Part shown: positions 44,025 to 54,140 of the stretch, in pieces
Layout of the letters: every line of letters starts with the position of its first letter
How positions within the stretch are numbered: position 1 is the first letter of the stretch
From: an uncultured Planctomycetaceae bacterium
GTDB lineage: Bacteria > Planctomycetota > Planctomycetia > Pirellulales > PALSA-1355
Length of the DNA: 64,000 bases
Direction of reading: 5' to 3'
NCBI GenBank assembly: GCA_963785305.1
Contig: CAWAUV010000005.1
Location: 192,001-256,000 of the forward strand
Program-made: the position numbers and the translations under genes
Notes under the pieces: generated by a model
Told to the model about the DNA's origin: nothing
The model's database searches: none
Seen by the model: only the letters and a program-made list of their open reading frames with translations

Positions 44025-44888
44025 ATGGCAACCGACGCCAACGACAATTCGACTTCCGATACCCAGGGCGCCTCGGCCGGCGATATCATCGTCGACACCG
44101 GCAGCGTGGCGTTCGACGCGCTGGTGCTCCTGGGCGATATCGGTCAGTTCACCTTCAGCATGCTCTCCTGGCTTTTCGGCCGGCTTCCGCGCCGCGAGAC
44201 CTTGCTGCCGAACTTCTATCAGATCGGCGTATTGAGTTTTCCGGTGGTGGCGCTCACGGGCACCTTCATCGGCATGGTGCTTGCCGTGCAGAGTTATTCG
44301 CAATTCAAGGTCTACAAGCTCGACACCCGGCTCGGCGCGGTGATCAATATCGCGCTGGTGCGCGAGCTGGGCCCGGTGCTCGCCGCCACGATGCTCGCCG
44401 GACGCGTCGGCAGCTCGATGGCCGCGGAACTGGGCACGATGCGCGTCACCGAGCAAATCGACGCCCTGTCGAGCATGGGCGCCAACCCGATTCATTATCT
44501 CGTCGTGCCCCGGTTTCTGGCATGTCTGGTGTTGATACCCTCGTTGACGGTCATGGCCGACTTCATGGGCGTCGTGGGCGCGGCGTTTTACAGCATCTAT
44601 GTGCTGGGCATCGACTCGCATCACTACTGGGAAAATTCGCGCCGCTTCGTGGGCAACTACGATCTGTTTACCGGCATCTTCAAAAGCATGTTCTTCGGCG
44701 CGGCGATCGCCATCATCAGTTGCCACCGCGGGTTTCACTGTCAACCGGGCGCCGAGGGCGTGGGCCGCGCCGCGACCGCCGCGTTCGTGCATTCGTTCGT
44801 CGTGATTCTGATGCTCGATCTGATCCTGAGCATTTTCTTGAACGATCTCTACAACCTGCTCTGGCCCACGGCCGTGAACCTGTTTTGA
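44025..44888 (+). CDS. mlaE: MlaE family ABC transporter permease
   Basis: RELGPVLAATMLAGRVGSSMAAELGTMRVTEQIDAL, YLVVPR, GAEGVGRAAT. Confidence 0.93.
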   Translation: MATDANDNSTSDTQGASAGDIIVDTGSVAFDALVLLGDIGQFTFSMLSWLFGRLPRRETLLPNFYQIGVLSFPVVALTGTFIGMVLAVQSYSQFKVYKLDTRLGAVINIALVRELGPVLAATMLAGRVGSSMAAELGTMRVTEQIDALSSMGANPIHYLVVPRFLACLVLIPSLTVMADFMGVVGAAFYSIYVLGIDSHHYWENSRRFVGNYDLFTGIFKSMFFGAAIAIISCHRGFHCQPGAEGVGRAATAAFVHSFVVILMLDLILSIFLNDLYNLLWPTAVNLF

Positions 44889-44941
44889 ACCGCGCGAGTC
44901 GAATCCGGTTCCGTCCGCAATCCATTGTGTGAAATTTCAGC

Positions 44942-45784
44942 ATGTCCGGCGAACAACAATCTTCGGCTCCCCATGGCCCGCAGGTGTCGCTGCGCGGCGT
45001 GTCGGTGGGCTTTGGCTCGCAGCCAGTGCTGCGCTCGATCGATCTGGAAGTGCCCCGGGGCCAGACGCTCGTGATTATTGGCGAAAGCGGTTGCGGCAAG
45101 ACGGTGTTGCTCAAAACCATGATCGGCTTGGTGCGGCCCGCCGAAGGCACGGTGCTCTTCGACGCGATGAACCTCGCCGAACTGAGCGACCGCGATCTGA
45201 TGCGCGAGCGACAACGGATGGGTTTCTTGTTTCAAAGCGCGGCGCTCTTCGACAGCATGACCGTCGGCCAGAATGTCGGCTTTCCACTCCGAGAAAACAC
45301 CACGACGCCGGCCGCCAAGATCGACGAAATCGTGCTGGCCCGATTGGCCGAGGTGGGATTGCCGGAAAGCGTGATCGTGAAGAAGCCCGCCACGCTCTCG
45401 GGCGGCATGCGCAAACGCGTGGGCTTGGCTCGAGCCTTGGCGATGGACCCCGAATTGATGCTCTACGATGAACCGACCACCGGGCTCGACCCGATCATGA
45501 GCGATGTGATCAACGAGCTCGTGATCCGCACTCGCGAGCGGCTGAGCGTGACAAGCATCGTAGTCACCCATGACATGCACACCGTCGAGCGCGTGGCCGA
45601 CCGAGTGGTGATGCTCTTTCCCGTTGCCCGGCTCGACGGCGACGAATCGCAAATCATCTTCGATGGCACGCATGGCGAATTGATGAAGTGTCGCGATCCG
45701 CGGGTATCGCAGTTCGTGCGCGGCGAGGCCGGGGAGCGGCTGATGGAAATGCGAAAACTAAACGGTCCGAAAGCAGCGGTCTAA
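44942..45784 (+). CDS. mlaF: MlaF family ABC transporter ATPase
   Basis: GESGCGKT, FQSAALFDSMTV, LSGGMRKRVGLARAL, YDEPTTGLDP, VTHD. Confidence 0.93.
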   Translation: MSGEQQSSAPHGPQVSLRGVSVGFGSQPVLRSIDLEVPRGQTLVIIGESGCGKTVLLKTMIGLVRPAEGTVLFDAMNLAELSDRDLMRERQRMGFLFQSAALFDSMTVGQNVGFPLRENTTTPAAKIDEIVLARLAEVGLPESVIVKKPATLSGGMRKRVGLARALAMDPELMLYDEPTTGLDPIMSDVINELVIRTRERLSVTSIVVTHDMHTVERVADRVVMLFPVARLDGDESQIIFDGTHGELMKCRDPRVSQFVRGEAGERLMEMRKLNGPKAAV

Positions 45785-45808
45785 GAGCACGGGAGCTAGG
45801 CGCGGCGC

Positions 45809-46882
45809 ATGGACGAGCGGATCATCAAATTTCGAGTCGGCGTCATGGTGCTTTCCACCATGCTGATCGTCGGCATTCTGGTGATCCTGTTTGGAGCGCT
45901 CCCCGCGTTTTTCAACGGCGCCTATACCGTCTATCTTTGGTTTCCGGAAACCCCCGGCGCCGCCGCGGGCACCCCGGTGCGCAAGGATGGCATTCTGATC
46001 GGCCGGGTGACGAATGTGAAACTGATCGACGCCGGCGTGGTCGTGACCACCACGATCGACGGGAAATACAAGCTCCGCCGAAGCGAAGTCTGCCGCTTCA
46101 CCAGCACTCTGCTGGGCGACGCCGTGTTGCAATTCGTGCGCGGCCCGGGCGGACGTGGCGATGAGTTCATTCAAAACGGCGATTACATCGAAGGCGTCAT
46201 GGCCGCCAACCCGCTCCAAATGCTCGATTCGATTCAGGGCGATTTCGTCCAAGCGGTCGGCTCGATCTCCGCGGCCGGTCGCAATGTGGCCGAGCTCAGC
46301 GATTCGGTCAACCACTTCTTCATTCGCAACGACGAGCAACTGAACCGCATCGTCGGCAAAACCGAGCTCGCGCTCGACAACTTCCAGAAAGCCGCGAGCG
46401 ACATCGATTCGCTTATCTCCGATCCGCAAATGCGCGAAGACCTGCGAAAGGGCCTCGCCGGCTTGCCGCAGTTGCTCAATGACACACGCGACGCCGTGGC
46501 CGCAGTGCGCCAAGCCACGGGCCTGGCGTCCGAAAATCTCGAAGCCTTGCAAGGGCTCACGAAACCGCTCGGCGAGCGCGGACCCGAGATTGCCCAAAGC
46601 GTCGACGAAAGCGTCAACCGGCTCAATCAACTTCTCTCCCAGTTCGTGCAGTTCAGCAAGGCAATCAACAGTCGCCAGGGCTCGTTAGGGAGGATCGTCA
46701 ACGATCCGGAGCTCTATCAGCGGCTCAATGCGGCGGCGAAACAAGTGGAATGCATTGCCAACGAAGTCCGCAAGGAATTGCGGCCGATTCTCCAGAATGT
46801 CGAAGTCATTACCGACAAGGCGGCGCGGCATCCCGGCGTGTTTATTCGCGACGCCGTGAAACCGGGGCCGGGGATGAAATAG
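45809..46882 (+). CDS. mlaD: MlaD/MCE family protein
   Basis: N-terminal TM; MCE domain (PGAAAGTPVRKDGILIGRV, TLLGD); long helical tail, GSLGRIVNDPELY. Confidence 0.88.
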   Translation: MDERIIKFRVGVMVLSTMLIVGILVILFGALPAFFNGAYTVYLWFPETPGAAAGTPVRKDGILIGRVTNVKLIDAGVVVTTTIDGKYKLRRSEVCRFTSTLLGDAVLQFVRGPGGRGDEFIQNGDYIEGVMAANPLQMLDSIQGDFVQAVGSISAAGRNVAELSDSVNHFFIRNDEQLNRIVGKTELALDNFQKAASDIDSLISDPQMREDLRKGLAGLPQLLNDTRDAVAAVRQATGLASENLEALQGLTKPLGERGPEIAQSVDESVNRLNQLLSQFVQFSKAINSRQGSLGRIVNDPELYQRLNAAAKQVECIANEVRKELRPILQNVEVITDKAARHPGVFIRDAVKPGPGMK

Positions 46883-47023
46883 CGGATCCTCGGCGCGAGA
46901 AAAAACGCGCGAGCCGTGGATGCCGATCTTTCGCCCAGGCTACACTAGCCGGTGGCCGGAGCACCCCAGCGAGCCGAGGGGCAGCCCGCGAGCCATCCCC
47001 CTCACCCACGAAAGGCGAGCACC

Positions 47024-47713
47024 ATGGTGAACCTCCCGCGGCGACGCGTTGCACTGGCGAGTCTGGCGGCGGCCGGGCTCGCGCTCTTGGTTGCCCACGG
47101 CCTCCATGCGGCCGATGAGAAACAGAATCGCTTCGAAAACGAGATTCTCGCGTTTGAGAAGGCCGACGCCTCGAACCCGCCGCCGAAGGACGCGATTCTA
47201 TTCATCGGCTCTTCGGGCATTCGACTCTGGAAATCGCTCGCGTCGGATTTCCCGCGCCATCAGGTCATCAACCGCGGTTTCGGCGGCTCGCATATTTCCG
47301 ACTCCCTCCACTACGCCGATCGGATCGTGATTCCCTATCGGCCGCGGCTCATCGTTTTCCGGGCCGGAATCAACGATATCCACGCCGGCAAATCGCCCGA
47401 GCAAGTGGCCGCCGATTTCAAGGCGTTTGTCGACAAAGTTCGGGCCGCTTTGCCCGACACGCGCATTGCGTTCATGGCGATCAATCCCAGTCCCTCGCGG
47501 ATCAAGAATATCGACAGGGAACGCCGAGCCAACGAGTTGATCCAAGCCTATATCCAGTCGCAGGGCAATCTGGACTACATCGACATCTTCAATCCGATGC
47601 TCGGCGCCGATGGCCAGCCGCGGCCGGAATTGTATATCGCCGATCGGCTGCATCCGAGCGCCGAGGGCTACAAACTCTGGACCGAGCTTGTGACGCCGCA
47701 CTTGCCGAAGTGA
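47024..47713 (+). CDS. SGNH/GDSL esterase, secreted
   Basis: Signal peptide; FIGSSG, INRGFGGS, AGIND, DRLH. Confidence 0.88.
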   Translation: MVNLPRRRVALASLAAAGLALLVAHGLHAADEKQNRFENEILAFEKADASNPPPKDAILFIGSSGIRLWKSLASDFPRHQVINRGFGGSHISDSLHYADRIVIPYRPRLIVFRAGINDIHAGKSPEQVAADFKAFVDKVRAALPDTRIAFMAINPSPSRIKNIDRERRANELIQAYIQSQGNLDYIDIFNPMLGADGQPRPELYIADRLHPSAEGYKLWTELVTPHLPK

Positions 47714-47813
47714 GCGGCGAACTTGCTCGCGCGGTCGCTTCTTGGCGTTTGAAACACGTTCAAAAACGCGAGGACTCGCTGCTGGCGGTCTATTGGATAC
47801 TTCAAAGAGCTGC

Positions 47814-48983
47814 TTAGAACTGGGGCCGGCTCGGCGGCAGGCCGGCTCGTATGCTGCTCACCTTGGGCGCGTCGAGCGGAACCGGCGCGTCTAGCGGCGA
47901 ATCGCTCGGCGCTTCGTGCGACTTCGCGCGAGCATACTGATTCACGAAGTCGGCGTCGTGGCCGCTGAGCCGCTCGAAGGGCACGGTCGTGTAGCGGCCG
48001 GTGTCTTTGAGCAGCCGCACCTTGCCATCGAGCAGCGCATCGATGCGTGCGAACACTCGGTATTGCCCGGTGTCGTCGGTCCACCAGCGCATTCCGCTCG
48101 CGTCGCTCTCGGCCACCTGGGGAGCGGCTTCGATCGCCGGCGATCGAGGCGATTCCGGCGACCCAGCGGCCACGCTCGGCGAAGCCGGTTCTTCGGGGCC
48201 CAGGCCAAACAGATCGTCGGCGCTTTCGGCCGGCTTCTTCGGCGCAGGCGCTTTCGTCGGCGCCGGCTTGGCGCCATTGTCTTCGTCGAACAGACTGTCG
48301 ATGTCGTCCTTCTTAAGAGGCGACGAGGCCGGGGCTGGTTTCTCGGTCGGCGTGCCGGCGTCGAACAGATTGTCTTCGGTCGGAGCGCTCGGTTTGGCGG
48401 GCATCGCCGGCTTGGCGGGGCCTGAGTCGAACAGATCGTCTTCGGCCGGGTTGGTCGGGGCCTTGGGCGCCGGCTTGGTCGAGTCGTTGAACAGATCGTC
48501 TTCGGCCGGCTTCGCGACCGGCTGAGTTTTGGGCGCCGGCATCGGCGGAGCCGCCGGCTCGGGCGGCGCTGGAATCACGGCGGGCGTCGGCGGTGCGGCT
48601 TGCACATTCGCCGGCGGAGGAAACTGGGCCGGCGGAGCCGAACGAGGAACTGTCGGCGGAGCCGCGGCCGGATCTGGAGTTATCGGCGGCGCGGCTGGCG
48701 CTGGAGTCGGCGCCATTTCATGGCTCGCTCCGGGCGCCGGGGTCGATGCGTCCATGCCGGCGTCGGGTGTCGGCCGCGGGCCTTCACCCGAATTGGTCGC
48801 GCCCGGAACCGCCGTATCGCAATTCACCACGGGCTCACAGGGCGTGCAGGCGGTGACACGTGGGGCACAAGAGCAGCGGCATGCCGAACGTCGGAACAGC
48901 CCCATGCGACATGCCGCCGCCGGCTCGACCACGAGCATCGTCACGACGGCCCAAATCACGAGCACCTTACCTTGACGCCGCAT
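47814..48983 (-). CDS. Secreted Pro-rich protein with DDLF repeats and C-terminal SHD1 domain
   Basis: GGAGGT RBS; signal peptide; Cys-rich stretch; repeated DDLF; RWWTDDTGQYRVFA...VRLLKDTGRYTTVPFERLSGHDADFV. Confidence 0.8.
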   Translation of the reverse strand: MRRQGKVLVIWAVVTMLVVEPAAACRMGLFRRSACRCSCAPRVTACTPCEPVVNCDTAVPGATNSGEGPRPTPDAGMDASTPAPGASHEMAPTPAPAAPPITPDPAAAPPTVPRSAPPAQFPPPANVQAAPPTPAVIPAPPEPAAPPMPAPKTQPVAKPAEDDLFNDSTKPAPKAPTNPAEDDLFDSGPAKPAMPAKPSAPTEDNLFDAGTPTEKPAPASSPLKKDDIDSLFDEDNGAKPAPTKAPAPKKPAESADDLFGLGPEEPASPSVAAGSPESPRSPAIEAAPQVAESDASGMRWWTDDTGQYRVFARIDALLDGKVRLLKDTGRYTTVPFERLSGHDADFVNQYARAKSHEAPSDSPLDAPVPLDAPKVSSIRAGLPPSRPQF

Positions 48984-49415
48984 ATCGACCTCCCACCTGC
49001 TTGCTCAACGGAATCGGGCCGCGAAGGGAAGCTCGCGACGCGAAAATTCAAAAACGAAAATTCTATCTAAGATTAGCTGACAATTTCGCGTTCGTGGCAA
49101 ATCGCGCTTTTCGAGAATGCGAATCGGAGAGGACTTCTCAAAGCGGCTCGCCGCCGCAGGCCATTCGGCAAGACGGAACCTTCGATTGAAAGCTGCCCAC
49201 TTATGCTATCTTCACATCGCGGAGCCCGCAATCGCCTGCCGCGTTCTTTCCCCCAAGTCGCCCGCCCGTGGGGGGAAAAGGGGCCAATTGTGCCGTATCA
49301 TGCCCGTTTTAGCGGATATTCTTCCCCCGCGAATCGTGGCGAATAGGCCGAAGATCGTGGTCCTCCCGATTGCTTCCGCCAACGCGACGCCTCCGTGGAC
49401 GGCTTCAGCAGGTTG

Positions 49416-50723
49416 TCAGCCCACGCGACAAATAAAGCATTTCAGATACTCGCCCTCGAGACAGGTACGCGCTCACCGGATGATCGGGCGACGCTCCTCG
49501 AGTTCGAGAATCTGAAAGGGCCGGCGGCATTGCTGGGCCACGCCCACGAGCATCAGCAAAAAGTCCTCGCGCGTCACCGAGCCCGAGCAACTGCACGTCA
49601 CCAGAATTCCGCCGGGCTCGAGCGCGTCGACCGCCAGCCGATTGAGTCGGTGGTAGGCGCGGAGCGCGTCGTCGACTTGTTTGCGACTCCGGGCAAACTT
49701 GGGCGGGTCGAGCACCACGGCGCCAAATCGCTCGCCATCGCCGACCAACTTATCCAACGCGTCGAAACAGTCGGACATCTCGAAACGCGCGCTCGTCACA
49801 TCGTTGGTCCGCGCGTTGGCTCGGGCGAGCGCGATCGCCTTGGCGCTCGAGTCGAACCCGATCACTTCGGCGGCGTGGCCATGTTTCACGGCGTTGAGGC
49901 TGAAGCCGCCGCTATAGCAAAACATGTCGAGCACTCTACGATCGCGAAAATAGCGAGCCGCCGCCACTCGGTTGTCGCGTTGATCGAGATAGAAGCCGGT
50001 CTTTTGCCCCTCGGCCAGATCGACGCCATAGCGCAAGCCGCCTTCTTCGATCAAGATCGGCCCGGAGGGCGTTTCGCCCCACACACAGCCATCGCGCAGT
50101 TCGAACCCCTCGGCCTTGGACACGCCTTTTTCGGTTCGCAGCATGATTCCCCGCGGCTGGCAGCGAGCGGCCAACTGCTCGACGATCGAGGTCAGCCGAA
50201 CGCCGATTGCCAGCGCCGTAACCTGCACGCAAAGCCAGTCGGCATAGCGGTCCACGACCAAACCACTCAGGCCATCGCCTTCGCTAAAGATCAGGCGACA
50301 GGCGCCGCGGGGATTGTCGTAGCCCAGGTCGCGGCGCGCGGCGAGCGCGGCGTCGATCTTGGCGCCGAAAAAAATGTTGTCGAGCGGCGCGAGCGGGTCC
50401 CACGAATACAATCGCACTCGAATGCGGCTGCGGCTGTTATAGAGTCCGCGGGCGACGAACTTGCCGTTCTCGGCCACCAGGTCCACCACATCGCCATCGG
50501 CGGCGGGGCCATCGAGCCCCGCGATCGCCGAATCGAGCACCCAGGGATGCCGACCATAAAACGGCCTCGCCTTGCGCGGCCGCAGTTTGGCCAAGGCGCG
50601 TCCGAAGCCGGCGGCCGTGAGCCGCTCGGCGGGGCTTTCGCTTGCCAGACCGGTAGACTCGGCGGCCGACTTGGCGCCAGCCTCGCCTTCGCTGTTTGCA
50701 TGCTCGCCTGAAGTTGGATTCAT
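49416..50723 (-). CDS. rlmI: RlmI-like class I SAM rRNA methyltransferase (frameshifts near 3' end)
   Basis: PUA HPWV, SEGDGLSGLVVDRY, GQKTGFYLDQRDN, VLDMFCYSGGF, LDPPKFA, TCSCS, PDHPV...EYLK. Confidence 0.88.
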
Positions 50724-51079
50724 CGAAGATCGCCGATCGTGAAATTCTAACAATAAGGCATGGCTGTCGCGTGGGCGCGTTTGCGCCGATCGCGACAGAT
50801 GCCCGGGTCGCGACGCTTGCCGGGGTCGGATCGGGCAATGTCGCAAATAGCCAGGGCTTATGCAACCGGGCGCCGCGGGGGCCAAGGCACTTTAACGCGG
50901 CGTCAAGTCGAGCGCCGAGTTTTCGGGTCGCGGGGTTTCAACTACACTTGAATGATCGGCGGGCGATCGCTGGTCGCCTCGCGCGATTGCTGGCGTCCGA
51001 TGGCCACGCATGCTCCCCGAGGATCCGTTTTTTGGACGCCGCTCTCAACAACGCATCGTCGCCCAGCGCCGAACCCGCG

Positions 51080-52532
51080 ATGCCTCCGGGCGCCGGTGTC
51101 GTGCCGCTGTTTGTCGATCTCGATGGCACCTTGATCGCCACCGACATGTTCAGCGAATCGCTGGTCCTGGCGTGTAAAGACATTCGCCACGCGGCGCGAA
51201 TGCCCGGTTGGCTACTGCAAGGCCGGCCGGCGCTCAAGCGAGCCGTGGCCCAGCGCGTGGGGCCGACCGCCGCGCTCTTGCCATTGCAAAACGAAGCGGT
51301 CGAATTCGTCGAATCGCAGCGGCGGCTTGGGCGGCCGGTGATTCTTGCCTCGGCCACCGATATACGATTTGCCCGGCAAGCGGCCGAGCGGCTGGGGCCC
51401 TTTGACGATGTGATCGCCACCGATGGCGGCCTGAATCTCAAGGGCGCCAACAAGCTCGTGGCGATCGAAAACTATTGCCGGGAGCATGGATTCGAAAAGT
51501 TCGCCTACATGGGCGACGCGCATGCCGACTTACCCATCTGGCGCCAAGCGGCCGAAGCCCATGTCGTGGCGCCGAATCGCCGGCTCATGGCGTCGGTCGA
51601 AGCGCTCGGGCGGCCTATTTGGGTTCATGGCCAACCGACCTCGCGGCTGCGCGGTGCTCCGTGTGATTCGACCGTATCAATGGGTCAAGAACATACTGCT
51701 CGCGGTTTCGCTGGTGCTGGCGCACAAGCTGACCGATCTCGCGGCGTGGCGGGGCGTGTTTTGGGCGATCGTCGCTTTTTCGGCCGTGGCGTCGAGCGTG
51801 TATGTGCTCAACGACTTGCTCGATATCGAAAACGACCGCCGCCACGCGCGAAAAAAGCGGCGGCCGTTTGCCGCCGGCCAGCTTCCGGTCTCGTGGGGAC
51901 CGCCGCTCACGGCGGGGCTCGCGCTGGGGGGATTCGCCGTTTCCTTGGCCACGCTGTCGTGGCGATTCACGGCGCTGCTCGCCGTGTATCTTGTCGCCAC
52001 GCTGCTCTATTCGTTTTGGCTGAAGCGCAAAAGCCTGATCGACGTGCTGCTTTTGGCCGGTCTGTATACCTTGCGAATCATTGCCGGCGGCGAGGCCGCC
52101 GCGGCGCCGATCTCGGAGTGGCTGATGGCCTTGAGCCTGTTTTTGTTCACCTCGCTCGCCTTCGCCAAGCGCTATGCCGAGCTCGTGTCGCTTACCGACT
52201 CCGAGGAAGGAGGGCCCCGCGGTCGGGGCTATCGGCTCGAGGATTTGCGATTTATTGAAATCATGGGTCCCACGAGCGGCTATATGGCGGTGCTCGTCTT
52301 GGCGCTTTACATCCATAGCCCCGAGGTGAGCCGCTTTTACTATCACCCGCGCGTGCTGTGGCTGGTGTGCCCGCTGTTGCTCTATTGGGTGGGGCGACTC
52401 TGGTTGCTGGCGATGCGGCGGCGGCTGGAAGATGACCCGATCGTGTTCGCGCTGACGGATAAGATCAGTCTCTCCGTGGGCGTGCTCGTGGCGATCGTCA
52501 GTGTCTTGGCCACGATTCCCTGGAGCTGGTGA
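51080..52532 (+). CDS. HAD-domain-fused UbiA prenyltransferase (polyprenyl-phosphate phosphoribosyltransferase-like; frameshift ~51650)
   Basis: VDLDGTL (HAD); RPYQWVKN, YVLNDLLDIENDRRH..KKRRPFAAG, LAFAKRYAE, DDPIVFA. Confidence 0.88.
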
Positions 52533-52548
52533 AAGCGCGAAACACCCC

Positions 52549-53975
52549 ATGGACATGCTCGGTTCGCGGCGACTCTCCGATGCCGGCGATTCAACGAAGC
52601 CGGGACGCTCGCTTTACGCGCCGCGCACTCTCGCCGGCTGGGGACTCTATCCGGTCGAGCGCTGCCAGACGGCGGCGCCGGTCGATCGAAGCCAACTCGC
52701 CGCCGCCGTGGCCGATCGCGGTCGAAGCGAACTGATTGCCCGCGGCTTGGGGCTGCGCCTACGGCGATTCATCGCTCAACAGCCAAGGCGGCGTGGTGCT
52801 GCAAACCGGGCTCGACGCCTTCATGGCCTTCGACCCGCGCGAGGGCGTGCTCGAATGCGAGGCCGGGGTATCGCTGGCCGACATGATCGAGCATCTGCAA
52901 CCGCGAGGCTGGTTTCTGCCCACCACGCCCGGCACCAAGTTCGTCACGCTCGGCGGAGCGATTGCCGCCGATGTGCATGGCAAGAACCATCATCGCGATG
53001 GCTCTTTCGGTCAGCATGTGCTCGATCTCAAGCTGATGCTGGCCGATGGATCGATCGAGCACTGTTCGCCCCAGCGGCGGAGCGAATTGTTTTGGGCCAC
53101 GGTGGGCGGCATGGGGCTGACCGGAGTGATTCTCAGTGCTCGCGTGCGGCTGATTCCGGTCGAGACCGCTTATTACAACGTAACCTACCGCCGCACGCGC
53201 GATCTCGACCAGACGCTCGCCGCGTTTGCCGACACCGATCGCGAGTTTCGCTATTCGGTCGCTTGGATCGACTGTTTGGCCGGCGGCGCGTCGCTCGGAC
53301 GCTCCGTGATTATGCTGGCCGACCATGCCCGCGCGGGCGATCTCCGCGGCCGAGCGGCCGACGATCCGCTGCGCGTGCCCGCGCGGAGCGACAAGACGGT
53401 TCCGTTTTATTTCCCCTCGCTCGCGCTCAACAGTCTCGGCGTGCGAATGTTCAACACGGTCTATTACGCCGCGCACTCCGATCGCCGGGCGACGGTCGAC
53501 TACGACACGTTCTTCTATCCGCTCGATCGCGTGCGGCATTGGAACCGAATCTATGGCCGCCGCGGGTTTGTGCAGTACCAGGCCCTGTTTCCCCCGCAAA
53601 CCTCGGCCCGCGGTTTGGTCGAGTTGCTCATGCGCGTGGCGGCCAGCCGGCGGGCATCGTTTCTGGCGGTGCTCAAGAGCAGCGGCGCGGCGAGCCCCGG
53701 CCTGCTCAGCTACTTGTATCCCGGCCACACGCTCGCGCTCGATCTGGCCATGAGCCCCGACATGCCGGCGCTGGTGGCCGAGCTCGACGCAATCCTGCTC
53801 AAACACGGCGGACGGCTCTATCTGGCCAAGGACGCGCTGATGACCGGGCCCGTGTTTCGCGAGATGTATCCGCGGCTCGGCGAGTTCTTGGCCATCAAGC
53901 TGCGCGGTCGATCCCCAGTGCCGCATGGTGTCGTCGCAAGCCCGACGGCTCGGAATCGTCGAACCGCGCGGATAG
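52549..53975 (+). CDS. FAD-binding oxidoreductase, DprE1-like (frameshifts ~52755 and ~53900)
   Basis: LAGWG, IARGLG..YGDSS, TPGTKFVTLGGAIAADVHGKNHH, GGMGLTG, YSVAWID, FFYPLD, GGRLYLAKDA. Confidence 0.88.
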
Positions 53976-54140
53976 TCGACGAACCTCGCGATGCGGGAAA
54001 CTTGCGTAGCGCGAGGGTACAATGCCGGTACTTGTTGGGGCGGCCTTCCGGCCCGTCATTGCCTTCCTTGCGTTTTTTTCTCGCGAGCGTGCGCCATGCG
54101 AATTGTCGGTTTGGATTCTACTCGCCTTGACATTCGGCTC

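Noticed and set aside
47745..47769. Hairpin GCGTTT-GAA...TTC-AAAAACGC between convergent genes
   Set aside because: Weak, bulged stem; not enough support for a terminator call
48990..49410. Possible ncRNA or small ORF upstream of the SHD1 gene
   Set aside because: AT-rich promoter-like DNA with no recognisable RNA family or convincing ORF
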